A stretch of 64,000 bases of DNA, from positions 7,371 to 71,370 of the forward strand of contig JAPLZC010000010.1 in assembly GCA_026395215.1 (NCBI GenBank), read 5' to 3'. The translations under genes and the position numbers were made by a program. Positions 9,855 to 19,455 of this stretch are shown in pieces. The notes below the pieces were generated by a model. It was not told the DNA's origin and did not search any database. It was given only the letters and a program-made list of their open reading frames with translations. Each line of letters starts with the position of its first letter. The stretch's first letter is position 1. Source of the stretch: Candidatus Staskawiczbacteria bacterium (GTDB taxonomy: Bacteria > Patescibacteriota > Minisyncoccia > Minisyncoccales > Staskawiczbacteraceae).

Positions 9855-11588
9855 ATGTCAGATAATATAGATAAATTAAGGCATTCTTTGGCGCATGTTA
9901 TGGCTGCGGCGGTTTTGGAGATGTTTCCTAAAACTAAACTGGGCATGGGGCCGGCGGTGGAGAACGGGTTTTATTATGATTTACAATTATCAAAACCGCT
10001 TGAGGAAAAAGATTTGCCGGAAATTGAAAAGAAGATGAAAGAGTTGGTTGCTCAGAGCCTGAAGTTTGAGAAAAAAAATATAAACAAACGAGTAGCTAAA
10101 AAGCTTTTTGCTGTTCAACCGTATAAATTGGAACTTATTAAAGAGCTTCCCGGAGACACTGTTTCTATATATAGTACCGGTGAGTTTGTGGATTTATGTA
10201 AAGGACCTCACATAAAAAGCACAAAAGAGATATTGCCAAATACTTTTAAGTTAACAAAAGTTGCGGGAGCCTATTGGAAAGGAAGCGAGAAAAACAAAAT
10301 GTTAACGCGTATTTATGGTTTGGCCTTTGAAACAGAAAAAGAACTAACTGACCACTTAGCAATATTAGCCGAGGCTGAAAAAAGAGACCACAGAAAACTT
10401 GGCGAGAGCTTAGATTTGTTTACGTTCTCAGAATTGGTTGGACCAGGGCTTCCCCTTTATACATTTAAAGGAACCACTGTTTTAAACGAAATAAAAAACT
10501 ACTCCAATCAATTACAAAACGCCATTGGATATCAAGAAGTGCAAACTCCAAGCATGAACCGAGCCGAACTTTTTAAGGTTTCCGGACACTATGACAAATA
10601 TAAAGATGATATGTTTAGAGTCTGCTCGCACTACACAAAAGAGGACTACTATTTAAAGCCAATGAATTGTCCTCAACATACTCAGATTTTTGCCTCAAAG
10701 CAAAGGAGTTATAAAGATTTGCCTATAAGAATGGCTGACTTCTCACAATTACATAGAGATGAAAAAACTGGAGAACTTTCTGGCCTAACCAGATTGCGGG
10801 GATTTAGACAAGATGATGGTCATGCATTTTGCAGAGAAGACCAAATAAAAGACGAGTTTAAATCTGTTTTATCTGCTGTTGAGAAAGCAATGAAAACCTA
10901 TGGAATGAATTACAAAATTAGGCTTTCTTTGTGGGATCCCAAACAACCGGAAAAATATTTGGGTGACGCAAAAGTTTGGAAAAAATCCCAACAGTTGTTG
11001 GAAGAAATTTTAGTTGAAAATAAAATAGAATATGTTAAGGCTGTTGGAGAAGCTGCAATATATGGACCAAAAATGGATTTGATTTCTAAAGATTCACTTG
11101 GCAGAGAATGGCAAATTTCAACCATACAGTTAGACTTTATAATGCCAGAGAGATTTAAATTAAGCTACATAGATGAAACCGGCACACAAAAAACTCCGGT
11201 TATGATACACAGAGCCCTTGTTGGAAGTCCGGAAAGATTTTTTGGCATTTTAATAGAACACTATGCCGGGGCTTTTCCGGTTTGGATGGCACCTATTCAG
11301 GCTGTTGTTTTACCTATTGGTGAAAAACACATCGACTATGCAAGATCAGTGCGAAATAGTTTAAGAGAAATTAATATCCGAACAGAAATGTGGAAAGATG
11401 ACACACTGGGCAAAAAAATAAGATCTGCTGAAATGCAAAAAATTCCTTATTTGCTAATTGTTGGCGACAGAGAAATTGAAGCAAAAACTGTTGGAGTAAG
11501 AGCCCGCGGTAAAGGAGATTTAGGTGCTATGAAAACTGATGAATTTATCGGTAAAATAAAAGAAGAAATTGCTAATAAAACAAATTAA
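9855..11588 (+). CDS. thrS: Threonyl-tRNA synthetase lacking the N-terminal TGS domain.
   Basis: Starts at the editing-domain motif (RHSLAHVMAAAV, GPAVENGFYYD). Contains the class II core and the anticodon-binding C-terminus. Confidence 0.9.
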   Translation: MSDNIDKLRHSLAHVMAAAVLEMFPKTKLGMGPAVENGFYYDLQLSKPLEEKDLPEIEKKMKELVAQSLKFEKKNINKRVAKKLFAVQPYKLELIKELPGDTVSIYSTGEFVDLCKGPHIKSTKEILPNTFKLTKVAGAYWKGSEKNKMLTRIYGLAFETEKELTDHLAILAEAEKRDHRKLGESLDLFTFSELVGPGLPLYTFKGTTVLNEIKNYSNQLQNAIGYQEVQTPSMNRAELFKVSGHYDKYKDDMFRVCSHYTKEDYYLKPMNCPQHTQIFASKQRSYKDLPIRMADFSQLHRDEKTGELSGLTRLRGFRQDDGHAFCREDQIKDEFKSVLSAVEKAMKTYGMNYKIRLSLWDPKQPEKYLGDAKVWKKSQQLLEEILVENKIEYVKAVGEAAIYGPKMDLISKDSLGREWQISTIQLDFIMPERFKLSYIDETGTQKTPVMIHRALVGSPERFFGILIEHYAGAFPVWMAPIQAVVLPIGEKHIDYARSVRNSLREINIRTEMWKDDTLGKKIRSAEMQKIPYLLIVGDREIEAKTVGVRARGKGDLGAMKTDEFIGKIKEEIANKTN

Positions 11589-11679
11589 CACGGATAAATG
11601 ACGGATTTACACAAATCACGGATACGAAAATCTGTGATAAGTGAAAATCCGTTCGTCGGTCTGTGATAATCCGTAACAA

Positions 11680-13299
11680 ATGAATGAATTATCTGAAGCA
11701 ACAAAAAAATTAATTGCGCAGTACAATCTTGCCAATAAGCAAGAAACAGAAAAACCAACTGCCCCAACAATACACGTTGACGAGGTTGCCAAAAAGGTTG
11801 CAGCTTTTTATGAGCAGATACGAACAATTGTTGACTGGAAGGAAGAACATTTAATGCGCAGGTCAGCAATTATTAGAAACCTGAAAAGGAGATTTATTGA
11901 TTTGGAGATGAATAATTTTTCAGAAACTGCAAATACAGCCGAGTCATTGGTATTAGAACTAATAAGGGGCGGACATTTCCCAAATGACAAAATTGAAGAA
12001 TCAAAGATTGGAGATGTCCAGAAAATAATAGATAAATACGTTTACATAATAAAAAATAATCCCGAGAGCAAGGCCGGCAAAGGCGGTCTTGATTTTTATA
12101 ACTGGATAATAGATGTTACGGCCTGCGAAATAGAAGAAACGCTTTCCCCATCAATTAGGGAGATGTCTCTGATTGATTACATGTTTGGCTCAATGAAGGA
12201 AAAAATCAAAGTTTCAGAAAAAATTTATGAAGCTGGTTTACTAAAAAAAGAGTTTACTTATGTGCAGATATACATTGCTGTCTGCCAATCACTTTTTAAG
12301 CTAGACAAACCAATGATCAGCTACAACCTGATAAAATACAGATATCCTGGATGGAGCACGGCAAATGACCAGTTAATTGCAGATATTTCCGAAAAAATGT
12401 TTAAAATATGGCAAAAAACCGAGGAAGACTTGGCAAATCCCCTTTTAAACAAGTTTTATTATATATGCGAAAAATACGACACCCCTTACCTATTAATGGG
12501 AGACATTTTGGCCTCGGGCAGTGGAACAGTTGCAAATGAAATTTCTGAGCCATCTGTTTTGGAAAGTTTAATAAAAGAAACATATTCAAAACGATTGGTC
12601 ACGTTAAAAAAGAGAATATCAAGAGCTGCTGTTTACTCTACTGTTTCAATCTTTGTAACAAAGGTTTTGTCTTTGGTTCTTCTACAAGTGCTAATAGAAA
12701 AGGCTATGGGCAATAATATAAATATGAAGCTACTTGCGGCTGATATTTTAATACCAACTGTTCTGATGTTCTTAATAGTTATAAGTATCAAAAAACCATC
12801 AAAGAAAAACCTCAATTTGGTAACAATGGAAACAATGAAAATTGCCTACAAAAAAGAAACCGCCGATACATACGAAATAAAAATGAATAGGAAAAAAGGA
12901 ACTGTAGTAAAAACTGTTTTATCGCTTGTTTATGCTTTATCGGCCTTTATAACTTTTGGCGCTTTATACAAAATTTTAAACTACTTCAATTTCCCATTGA
13001 GCTCAATAATTATTGACGTCATATTTATTGCCATAATTTTGTTTGCCGGAACCGCAGTTTCAAAGAGAGCTCAAGAGTTAACAATGGAGCCAGAAAAAGA
13101 AGGGTTTTGGAGTTTTGTGGCCGATATATTCTTCTTGCCGGTGCAAGGTCTGGGCCGATGGATTTCAATGAAATGGAAAAGATACAATGCCTTGGCCGCG
13201 TTGTTCAATGCCCTAATAGATATGCCATTTTCCGCCTTTGTGGAGTTTATAGAAAAGTGGCGCTATTTCATTAAGGAAAAGAAGGACGAAATAAGATAA
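11680..13299 (+). CDS. Hypothetical polytopic membrane protein.
   Basis: 539 aa: a soluble N-terminal half followed by several hydrophobic helices. I recognise no family. Confidence 0.5.
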   Translation: MNELSEATKKLIAQYNLANKQETEKPTAPTIHVDEVAKKVAAFYEQIRTIVDWKEEHLMRRSAIIRNLKRRFIDLEMNNFSETANTAESLVLELIRGGHFPNDKIEESKIGDVQKIIDKYVYIIKNNPESKAGKGGLDFYNWIIDVTACEIEETLSPSIREMSLIDYMFGSMKEKIKVSEKIYEAGLLKKEFTYVQIYIAVCQSLFKLDKPMISYNLIKYRYPGWSTANDQLIADISEKMFKIWQKTEEDLANPLLNKFYYICEKYDTPYLLMGDILASGSGTVANEISEPSVLESLIKETYSKRLVTLKKRISRAAVYSTVSIFVTKVLSLVLLQVLIEKAMGNNINMKLLAADILIPTVLMFLIVISIKKPSKKNLNLVTMETMKIAYKKETADTYEIKMNRKKGTVVKTVLSLVYALSAFITFGALYKILNYFNFPLSSIIIDVIFIAIILFAGTAVSKRAQELTMEPEKEGFWSFVADIFFLPVQGLGRWISMKWKRYNALAALFNALIDMPFSAFVEFIEKWRYFIKEKKDEIR

Positions 13300-13301
13300 T
13301 T

Positions 13302-13331
13302 AAAAATCCCGACGCAACGTCGGGATTTTTT
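13302..13331. terminator. Bidirectional rho-independent terminator.
   Basis: Sequence aaaaATCCCGACGcaaCGTCGGGATttttt, between convergent genes. Confidence 0.85.
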
Positions 13332-13342
13332 ATATAAATTTA

Positions 13343-15160
13343 TTATTCTACCGTAACCGACTTAGCTAGGTTTTTTGGCTTGTCTACATCTATGCCCTTT
13401 AGGTTAGCTATATGGTATGCAAGAAGCTGTAAAGGAATGGTGTTAATTATGGGAGTTATTTCTTCTCTGCATTTTGGAACAACAATTACATTTTTTGTTA
13501 AATTATTTATGTCGTTGCCAGCTTCATTTACAACGGCAATCACTTGTCCGCCTCTGGCGCGGACTTCTTCCATATTGCTTAAAATTTTACTGTAAGTATT
13601 GTCTTTTGTAGCTAAAAATAAAACGGGCATTTTCTCGTCTATTAAGGCAATAGGGCCATGTTTCATTTCAGCTGCTGGATAACCCTCGGCATGTATATAC
13701 GAAATCTCTTTTAATTTTAGCGCGCCTTCCAAAGCAACCGGAAAATTAATTCCCCTTCCCAGATAAATAAAATCTTGGGCGTCTTTAAATTTTTTGGCAA
13801 TTTCTAAAATTTTATCTGATTCATGCAAAACTTCGTCAACCTTGCCCGGTAAAAATGCAATTTCGCTAATAAGTTCTTTATCAACTTTTTCTCCCTTGTG
13901 CTGAGCAAAAAATATGGCAAACAACAACAGCGCAGTTACCTGACAGGAAAAAGCTTTTGTGCTAGCCACGCCAATTTCTGGGCCTGCATGCAGATAAATT
14001 CCCGAATCAACTTCTCTGGCAACAGTAGAACCAACCACATTTATTATGCCCAAGGTTTTAGCTCCTTTATTTTTTCCTTCGCGCAAAGCCGCCAAAACAT
14101 CTGCTGTCTCTCCAGACTGAGAAATTACCATAAGCAAATCCCCCGCCCCAATAATAGGATTTCTATACCTAAACTCCGAAGCATAATCAACTTCAACCGA
14201 AATCTTGGCTATTTTTTCAATTAAATATTTTCCAATTAATGCTGAGTGCCAGCTTGTTCCGCAGGCTACAATTATTACTCGTTTTATAGATTTTAAATCT
14301 ATATCCACTGTCAATTTTATTTTTGAGTCGTTATCTATTCTGCCCCTCAAAGTATTTTCAATTGCGTTTGGCTGTTCAAAAATTTCTTTCAGCATAAAAT
14401 GCTTATACCCCTTTTTCTCTATCTCACTAGCTGACCATTTAATCTCGTCAATTATTTTTTCCACCTCCTGCCCATTAAAATTTTTAATTGAATAATTATT
14501 TTCAGTCAGCACAACCATTTCATTATCTTTTAAATAAATAACTTTTTTTGTATAAGGCAAAACTGCCACAGCGTCAGAAGCAATTATATTCTCATTCTCC
14601 CCAATTCCTAAAACAATCGGCGAGCCTCGTCTGGCAACAACAATTTTTTTCTCACCTTTGCACATAATTGCCAACCCAAAAGTTCCCTCAACCAATTTCA
14701 GCGCTTTTACAACTGCCTCTTCCAAATTTCCTTGATAGAACTTTTCAATTAAATGACTTACCACCTCCGAATCAGTTTTTGAAGCAAATTTATGCCCCTC
14801 ATTCTCTAAAATTTCTTTCAAAGCGCCATAGTTCTCAATAATTCCGTTATGAACCACCGCTATTTCCTTTTTGCAATCAAAGTGAGGATGAGCGTTTACC
14901 TCACTTGGCTCTCCGTGCGTTGCCCAGCGGGTATGGGCAATTCCTATTTTAGATACTTCCGAGCTTGGTATAATTTTCTCCAATTCTGAAACCCTCCCCT
15001 TAACTTTTGCAACATAAAGGAGACCCTGCTCTGCAGGCACCCCTTCATTCAAAAGACAAATTCCGGCTGAATCGTATCCCCTATACTCCAACTTCTTTAA
15101 CCCGTCTATCAAAACCGGCACCGCCTTTCTATTCCCAAAATAAGCAATAATTCCACACAT
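13343..15160 (-). CDS. glmS: Glutamine--fructose-6-phosphate aminotransferase.
   Basis: MCGIIAY N-terminus, two SIS domains, and the C-terminal KSVTVE. Confidence 0.95.
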   Translation of the reverse strand: MCGIIAYFGNRKAVPVLIDGLKKLEYRGYDSAGICLLNEGVPAEQGLLYVAKVKGRVSELEKIIPSSEVSKIGIAHTRWATHGEPSEVNAHPHFDCKKEIAVVHNGIIENYGALKEILENEGHKFASKTDSEVVSHLIEKFYQGNLEEAVVKALKLVEGTFGLAIMCKGEKKIVVARRGSPIVLGIGENENIIASDAVAVLPYTKKVIYLKDNEMVVLTENNYSIKNFNGQEVEKIIDEIKWSASEIEKKGYKHFMLKEIFEQPNAIENTLRGRIDNDSKIKLTVDIDLKSIKRVIIVACGTSWHSALIGKYLIEKIAKISVEVDYASEFRYRNPIIGAGDLLMVISQSGETADVLAALREGKNKGAKTLGIINVVGSTVAREVDSGIYLHAGPEIGVASTKAFSCQVTALLLFAIFFAQHKGEKVDKELISEIAFLPGKVDEVLHESDKILEIAKKFKDAQDFIYLGRGINFPVALEGALKLKEISYIHAEGYPAAEMKHGPIALIDEKMPVLFLATKDNTYSKILSNMEEVRARGGQVIAVVNEAGNDINNLTKNVIVVPKCREEITPIINTIPLQLLAYHIANLKGIDVDKPKNLAKSVTVE

Positions 15161-15263
15161 TGTTTTATTAGTTATTTAAATTATATAATATCAGTTTACA
15201 CCTATCAAAACCAAAGTACAACAGCTTCACAAAACAGCTAATTTATTGTATTATACGAATATT

Positions 15264-16532
15264 ATGAAATATCACATAATTGTATTTGGATGCCAAATGA
15301 ACATTGCGGACGCGGAGAGGGTTTCTGCTGTTTTAGAGTCTATGAAATATACGCAAACCGCGAACATAAACGAGGCTGACTTGGTTGCTGTGGTAATGTG
15401 TTCGGTGCGTAAATCGGCAGTAGACCGAGTTTTTGGCATTGTCGAAAAGTTCAAAGAAATAAAAAAGAAAAATCACGGCTTAAAAACTATTTTGACCGGT
15501 TGCGTAATTAAAAAAGATAAAAAAATATTTTTAAATTTATTTGATTATGTAATAGACATAAAAGATATTAAGAATATATCCAAATTGCTAGGCAATTGTG
15601 GATCCTCGAGGAAGTCGGGACCGCAAACAGATAATTACCTAGATATTACCCCAAAACATTCCTCTAAGTTTTCTGCTACTGTGCCAATTATGACCGGATG
15701 CAATAATTTTTGTTCTTACTGTGTTGTTCCCTACGCCCGTGAAAGAGAAATTTCCAGATCTTCTAGCAAAATAATTTCTGAAATAAAAAATCTCGTAAAA
15801 AATAATTACAGGGAAATTTGGCTACTCGGCCAAAACGTCAACAGCTATAAAGACGGCAAAACCAGCTTCCCTGCTCTACTTAAAATAATAAATAATATTC
15901 CCGGAAATTTCTGGATACGCTTTACATCTTCACACCCAAAAGACTTTAACAGCGATGTTATTGAAGCTATGGCAAAGTGTGAAAAAATTACTCCGTACTT
16001 AAACCTACCTATACAATCTGGCGATAACAAAATTTTAGAGTTAATGAACAGGCATTATACGGTGCAAGAATATAAAAATAAAATTAAAGAGTTAAGAAAA
16101 AAAATACCTGATATTTGCCTGTCTACAGACATAATTGTCGGTTTTCCAGGGGAAACGAAAAAACAATTTAATAACACTGTCCAGCTATTTAAAGACACAA
16201 AGTATGACATGGCTTATATAAACAAATACTCTCCACGATTTGGAACTGCTGCGGCAAAATTGAAAGATGATGTTACATGGGACGAGAAAAAGAGAAGAGA
16301 AAAAGTTCTCAACGAAACTCTAAAACAAACCGCATTAGAAAATAACAAAAAATATATTGGGAAAATAGTTGAAGTTTTAATTGATTCTAAAAAAGATGGC
16401 AGGCTTTTTGGAAAAACAAAAGAATACAAGACTATAGAAATAAACAACGATAAATACCAAATTGGAGAAATAATAAAAGCAAAAATAACAGAAGCTTTAG
16501 CGTGGTCGCTAAGGGGCAAAATAATCAAATGA
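15264..16532 (+). CDS. miaB: tRNA-i6A37 methylthiotransferase (MiaB family).
   Basis: UPF0004 N-terminus (IIVFGCQMN), radical-SAM CNNFCSYCVVP motif, and a TRAM-like C-terminus. The start is re-set from TTG 15246 to ATG 15264. Confidence 0.85.
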   Translation: MKYHIIVFGCQMNIADAERVSAVLESMKYTQTANINEADLVAVVMCSVRKSAVDRVFGIVEKFKEIKKKNHGLKTILTGCVIKKDKKIFLNLFDYVIDIKDIKNISKLLGNCGSSRKSGPQTDNYLDITPKHSSKFSATVPIMTGCNNFCSYCVVPYAREREISRSSSKIISEIKNLVKNNYREIWLLGQNVNSYKDGKTSFPALLKIINNIPGNFWIRFTSSHPKDFNSDVIEAMAKCEKITPYLNLPIQSGDNKILELMNRHYTVQEYKNKIKELRKKIPDICLSTDIIVGFPGETKKQFNNTVQLFKDTKYDMAYINKYSPRFGTAAAKLKDDVTWDEKKRREKVLNETLKQTALENNKKYIGKIVEVLIDSKKDGRLFGKTKEYKTIEINNDKYQIGEIIKAKITEALAWSLRGKIIK

Positions 16533-17455
16533 ATAAACTAATTGTAATTTTAGGACCTACCGCCTCAGGGAAAACCGCCTTGTCTATTAAGCTGGCCAAA
16601 AAATTTAACGGCGAGATAGTTTCCGCTGACTCAAGGCAAATCTACAAAGGAATGGACATTGGAACTGCAAAACCGAGCCCGCAGGCGAAGCCCCGTCGAA
16701 TGGCGGGGCCAAGTTGTATTGTTGAGGGCGTGGCGCACTGGTTAATAGATATAAAAAACCCAAACGAACTATACAGTGTTGCCGAGTATAAAGAAAACGC
16801 TATAAAAATAATCAAAGACATTCATAAAAGAGGAAAAACGCCAATTATGGCCGGTGGCACAGGGCTTTACATAAAATCTGTTGTAGAAAATCTTGATATC
16901 CCACAAGTTGAGGCTGATCCTATTTTGCGTCAAAAAATTGAAAAAGAAATTGAAAAGAAGGGATTAAATTTTGTTTTTGAGAAATTAATAAAACTCGACC
17001 CGGAGGCAGCCTATATTGTAGATCCAAAAAATCCAAGAAGAGTTATAAGGGCTCTAGAAATAACATTACTAACTAAAAAACCATTTTCTTCACAAAGGAA
17101 ATCTGGCAAACCACTTTTTGATGTTTTGGAAATAGGTATTTTAACTCAAAAGGAAAAACTAAAAGAACGAATAAATTTTCGTATAGATAAAATGGTAAAA
17201 GAAGGCTTGGTTGACGAGGTAAAAAATTTAATAAAAAAATACGGCAAAGCCCAAATTGCATTTGATGCAATTGGATATAGAGAAATTATTGATTATTTAA
17301 ATAAAAAAATCACTTTGGAGCAGGCTTTAGAAAATATGAAAATAAACACATGGCATTACGCCAAGCGCCAAATGACCTGGTTCAACGCAGATAAAAAAGT
17401 GAATTGGATAAAAAACTATAAAGAAGCCGAAAAATTAATCAAAAAATTTCTGTAA
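16529..17455 (+). CDS. miaA: tRNA dimethylallyltransferase, carrying a GC-rich in-frame insertion.
   Basis: Motifs GPTASGKT and DSRQIYKGMDIGTAKP. There is an ATGA overlap with the miaB stop. Confidence 0.9.
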   Translation: MNKLIVILGPTASGKTALSIKLAKKFNGEIVSADSRQIYKGMDIGTAKPSPQAKPRRMAGPSCIVEGVAHWLIDIKNPNELYSVAEYKENAIKIIKDIHKRGKTPIMAGGTGLYIKSVVENLDIPQVEADPILRQKIEKEIEKKGLNFVFEKLIKLDPEAAYIVDPKNPRRVIRALEITLLTKKPFSSQRKSGKPLFDVLEIGILTQKEKLKERINFRIDKMVKEGLVDEVKNLIKKYGKAQIAFDAIGYREIIDYLNKKITLEQALENMKINTWHYAKRQMTWFNADKKVNWIKNYKEAEKLIKKFL

Positions 17456-17461
17456 TTGAAA

Positions 17462-17488
17462 AGGCCCACACTTACGACGTGTGAGCCT
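17462..17488. terminator. Hairpin between convergent genes; possible terminator.
   Basis: The stem aggcccacac / gtgtgagcct pairs at 9 of 10 positions. The U-tracts are weak. Confidence 0.45.
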
Positions 17489-17518
17489 CGTCCTTCCCCC
17501 ATTCGTGGGAGATGACCT

Positions 17519-17842
17519 CTAAAATTCTGGTTTCCTTTCCAGTTTGATCCTGGGCCACCCGATAACGTCTCGGACGTAGGGTGTGAACCCAAACATTAGG
17601 AAACTAACCAGTAGGATTCGTCCATGGCCTAGCAGGCCGGTCAGCCATGGGAGTAGAATTCCCAGGCTTTCTGTGCCTAAGCCAATGACGGCGAGGGCAA
17701 GGGTGCCCCCTGCAACGGCAGTTGTAAGACATCCAATGCCGAAGCCAATCCAACAGGCAATGCCAATGGCAACGTTTGCCAGCGCCTCTGCCACCTCGAC
17801 GGTGGTAATCAGCCAACACGGGAGTGTGATTGTCGTCTTCAT
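17519..17842 (-). CDS. Small hydrophobic membrane protein in a GC-rich island.
   Basis: 107 aa with three or more Gly/Ala/Ile-rich helices. The antisense ORF 17583..17921 is Pro/Arg-rich junk. Confidence 0.5.
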   Translation of the reverse strand: MKTTITLPCWLITTVEVAEALANVAIGIACWIGFGIGCLTTAVAGGTLALAVIGLGTESLGILLPWLTGLLGHGRILLVSFLMFGFTPYVRDVIGWPRIKLERKPEF

Positions 17843-17969
17843 GGAGTACCTTTCTTTGTTTTCCGCCAGTATTAGCGGTTTGAGCCAGAAACTCTTGAGC
17901 GTGTCGAAGAGCTTGTGCTAAAACCGCTGTTTTTAAGGAACTATTGTACTCATTAATTATAGCACCTTA

Positions 17970-19445
17970 TTAGACCTTTGTCAATAGTTTGGCTAGAATC
18001 TCACCCACCATCTTTGGGTTGGCTGTTCCCTTGGTTTTGGCCATTACTTGACCAGTTAAGTACTGCACAGCGTTTTGTTTACCGGCTTTATAGTCTTCAA
18101 TTGCTTTAGGGCTGTTTGAGATAACCTCACTTACAATTGTTTCAAGCCCAGAGCTATCAGACATTTGCCCCCAGTTATTGTCTTTTACAATATCTGACGG
18201 GTCAGTACCTTTATCAAACATTTCCAACAAAACCATCTTAGCAATTTTGCTTGAGATTTCATTTTTATATATCATTTTTACAAACTCAGCAAAATTTTCC
18301 GGAGTAATTTTGAACTCGGCCTCTGAAAACTCTGTCCCAACTAATAATCCCTGCACATCCGATATTAAGTAATTAGCCACCAATTTAGAGGCTTTTTTAT
18401 GTGCCTCACCTATTTCCTCCTCACTAGTCCATGCTTCAAACTCAGAAACGACTTTTTCGAAATATTCACTTAACTCTTTGTTAGTAACAAAAAACTCAAT
18501 TGAGGCTTCGTCCAAACCAAACTCTTTTTTAAATCTTTCTCTTTTTTGTTCTGGTAATTCTGGCATAGTATTTTTTATATTAATAATATATTCCTCCTCA
18601 AAATGCATTGGAGGTAGGTCTGGCTCAGGAAAATACCTGTAGTCATGTGCCTCTTCTTTTTCTCTTTGCGAAAACGTAATTTCTTTTTTGTCGTGCCATC
18701 CCCGTGTTTCTTGCACTACCTTTTCTCCCGCTTCCAAAAGTTCTTCCTGCCTTTTTATTTCAAAATCCACTGCTTTCTCTACAACTTTAAATGAGTTCAA
18801 ATTTTTAATCTCAACTTTTGTACCAAGCTTTTTTGTTTTACTTATAGAAATGTTTACCTCTACTCTCATCTGCCCCTTTTCCATATTAGCATCAGAAACT
18901 CCCAAATATTTAAAAATTCTCTGCAATTCTTCGGCAAACTCCTTAGCCTCTTTTCCCGAAGTAATATCCGGTTCAGTTACCAACTCCATCAAAGGCACTC
19001 CTGCCCTATTTAGGTTCACTAGAGAGTAATCTGCGCCCTCTGGGTGCATTAAACTCCCAGTGTCTTCTTCAAGGTGTATTCTTGTTATTCTAATTTTTCG
19101 GATTTCGGATTTCGGATTTCGGATTTCAAGCCAGCCACCGCTGGCGAGTGGTTGGTCGTACTGAGAAATCTGATATCCTTTTGGCAGATCCGGATAAAAG
19201 TAATTCTTCCTATCAAATTTAGAATCTGTAGCAATTTTACAATTTAAAGCCAGCCCGGTTTTAATAACCTTTTTTATTGCTTCTTCATTAGCCACAGGCA
19301 AAGCTCCCGGTTGCGCAGTACAAACAGGACAAATATTATAATTTGGCCTTTTCTCATCTGGGTCATTTTTACACCCGCAAAACATTTTAGAGTTAGTCTT
19401 TAACTCCGCATGTATTTCCAACCCAATTGTAACTTTGTATGCCAT
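17970..19445 (-). CDS. gatB: Asp/Glu-tRNA amidotransferase subunit B.
   Basis: Motifs IGLEIHAELKTNSKMFCGC and RIHLEEDTG, with a C-terminal GatB/YqeY domain. Confidence 0.95.
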   Translation of the reverse strand: MAYKVTIGLEIHAELKTNSKMFCGCKNDPDEKRPNYNICPVCTAQPGALPVANEEAIKKVIKTGLALNCKIATDSKFDRKNYFYPDLPKGYQISQYDQPLASGGWLEIRNPKSEIRKIRITRIHLEEDTGSLMHPEGADYSLVNLNRAGVPLMELVTEPDITSGKEAKEFAEELQRIFKYLGVSDANMEKGQMRVEVNISISKTKKLGTKVEIKNLNSFKVVEKAVDFEIKRQEELLEAGEKVVQETRGWHDKKEITFSQREKEEAHDYRYFPEPDLPPMHFEEEYIINIKNTMPELPEQKRERFKKEFGLDEASIEFFVTNKELSEYFEKVVSEFEAWTSEEEIGEAHKKASKLVANYLISDVQGLLVGTEFSEAEFKITPENFAEFVKMIYKNEISSKIAKMVLLEMFDKGTDPSDIVKDNNWGQMSDSSGLETIVSEVISNSPKAIEDYKAGKQNAVQYLTGQVMAKTKGTANPKMVGEILAKLLTKV

Positions 19446-19455
19446 ATAAACTATG

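Noticed and set aside
16530-16532. Alternative genetic code (UGA read as a sense codon), as in some candidate phyla.
   Set aside because: TGA ends conserved genes at expected lengths (miaB at 16530-16532, the DGR target at 34021-34023). No conserved gene needs read-through.
17583-17921. Plus-strand 112-aa ORF in GC island 1.
   Set aside because: The product is Pro/Arg/Ser-rich and low-complexity. The opposite-strand ORF gives a coherent multi-helix membrane protein.
19096-19127. The heptamer tandem repeats and other short repeats as a CRISPR array.
   Set aside because: The units are 7 nt with no spacers and lie inside ORFs. No cas genes are present.
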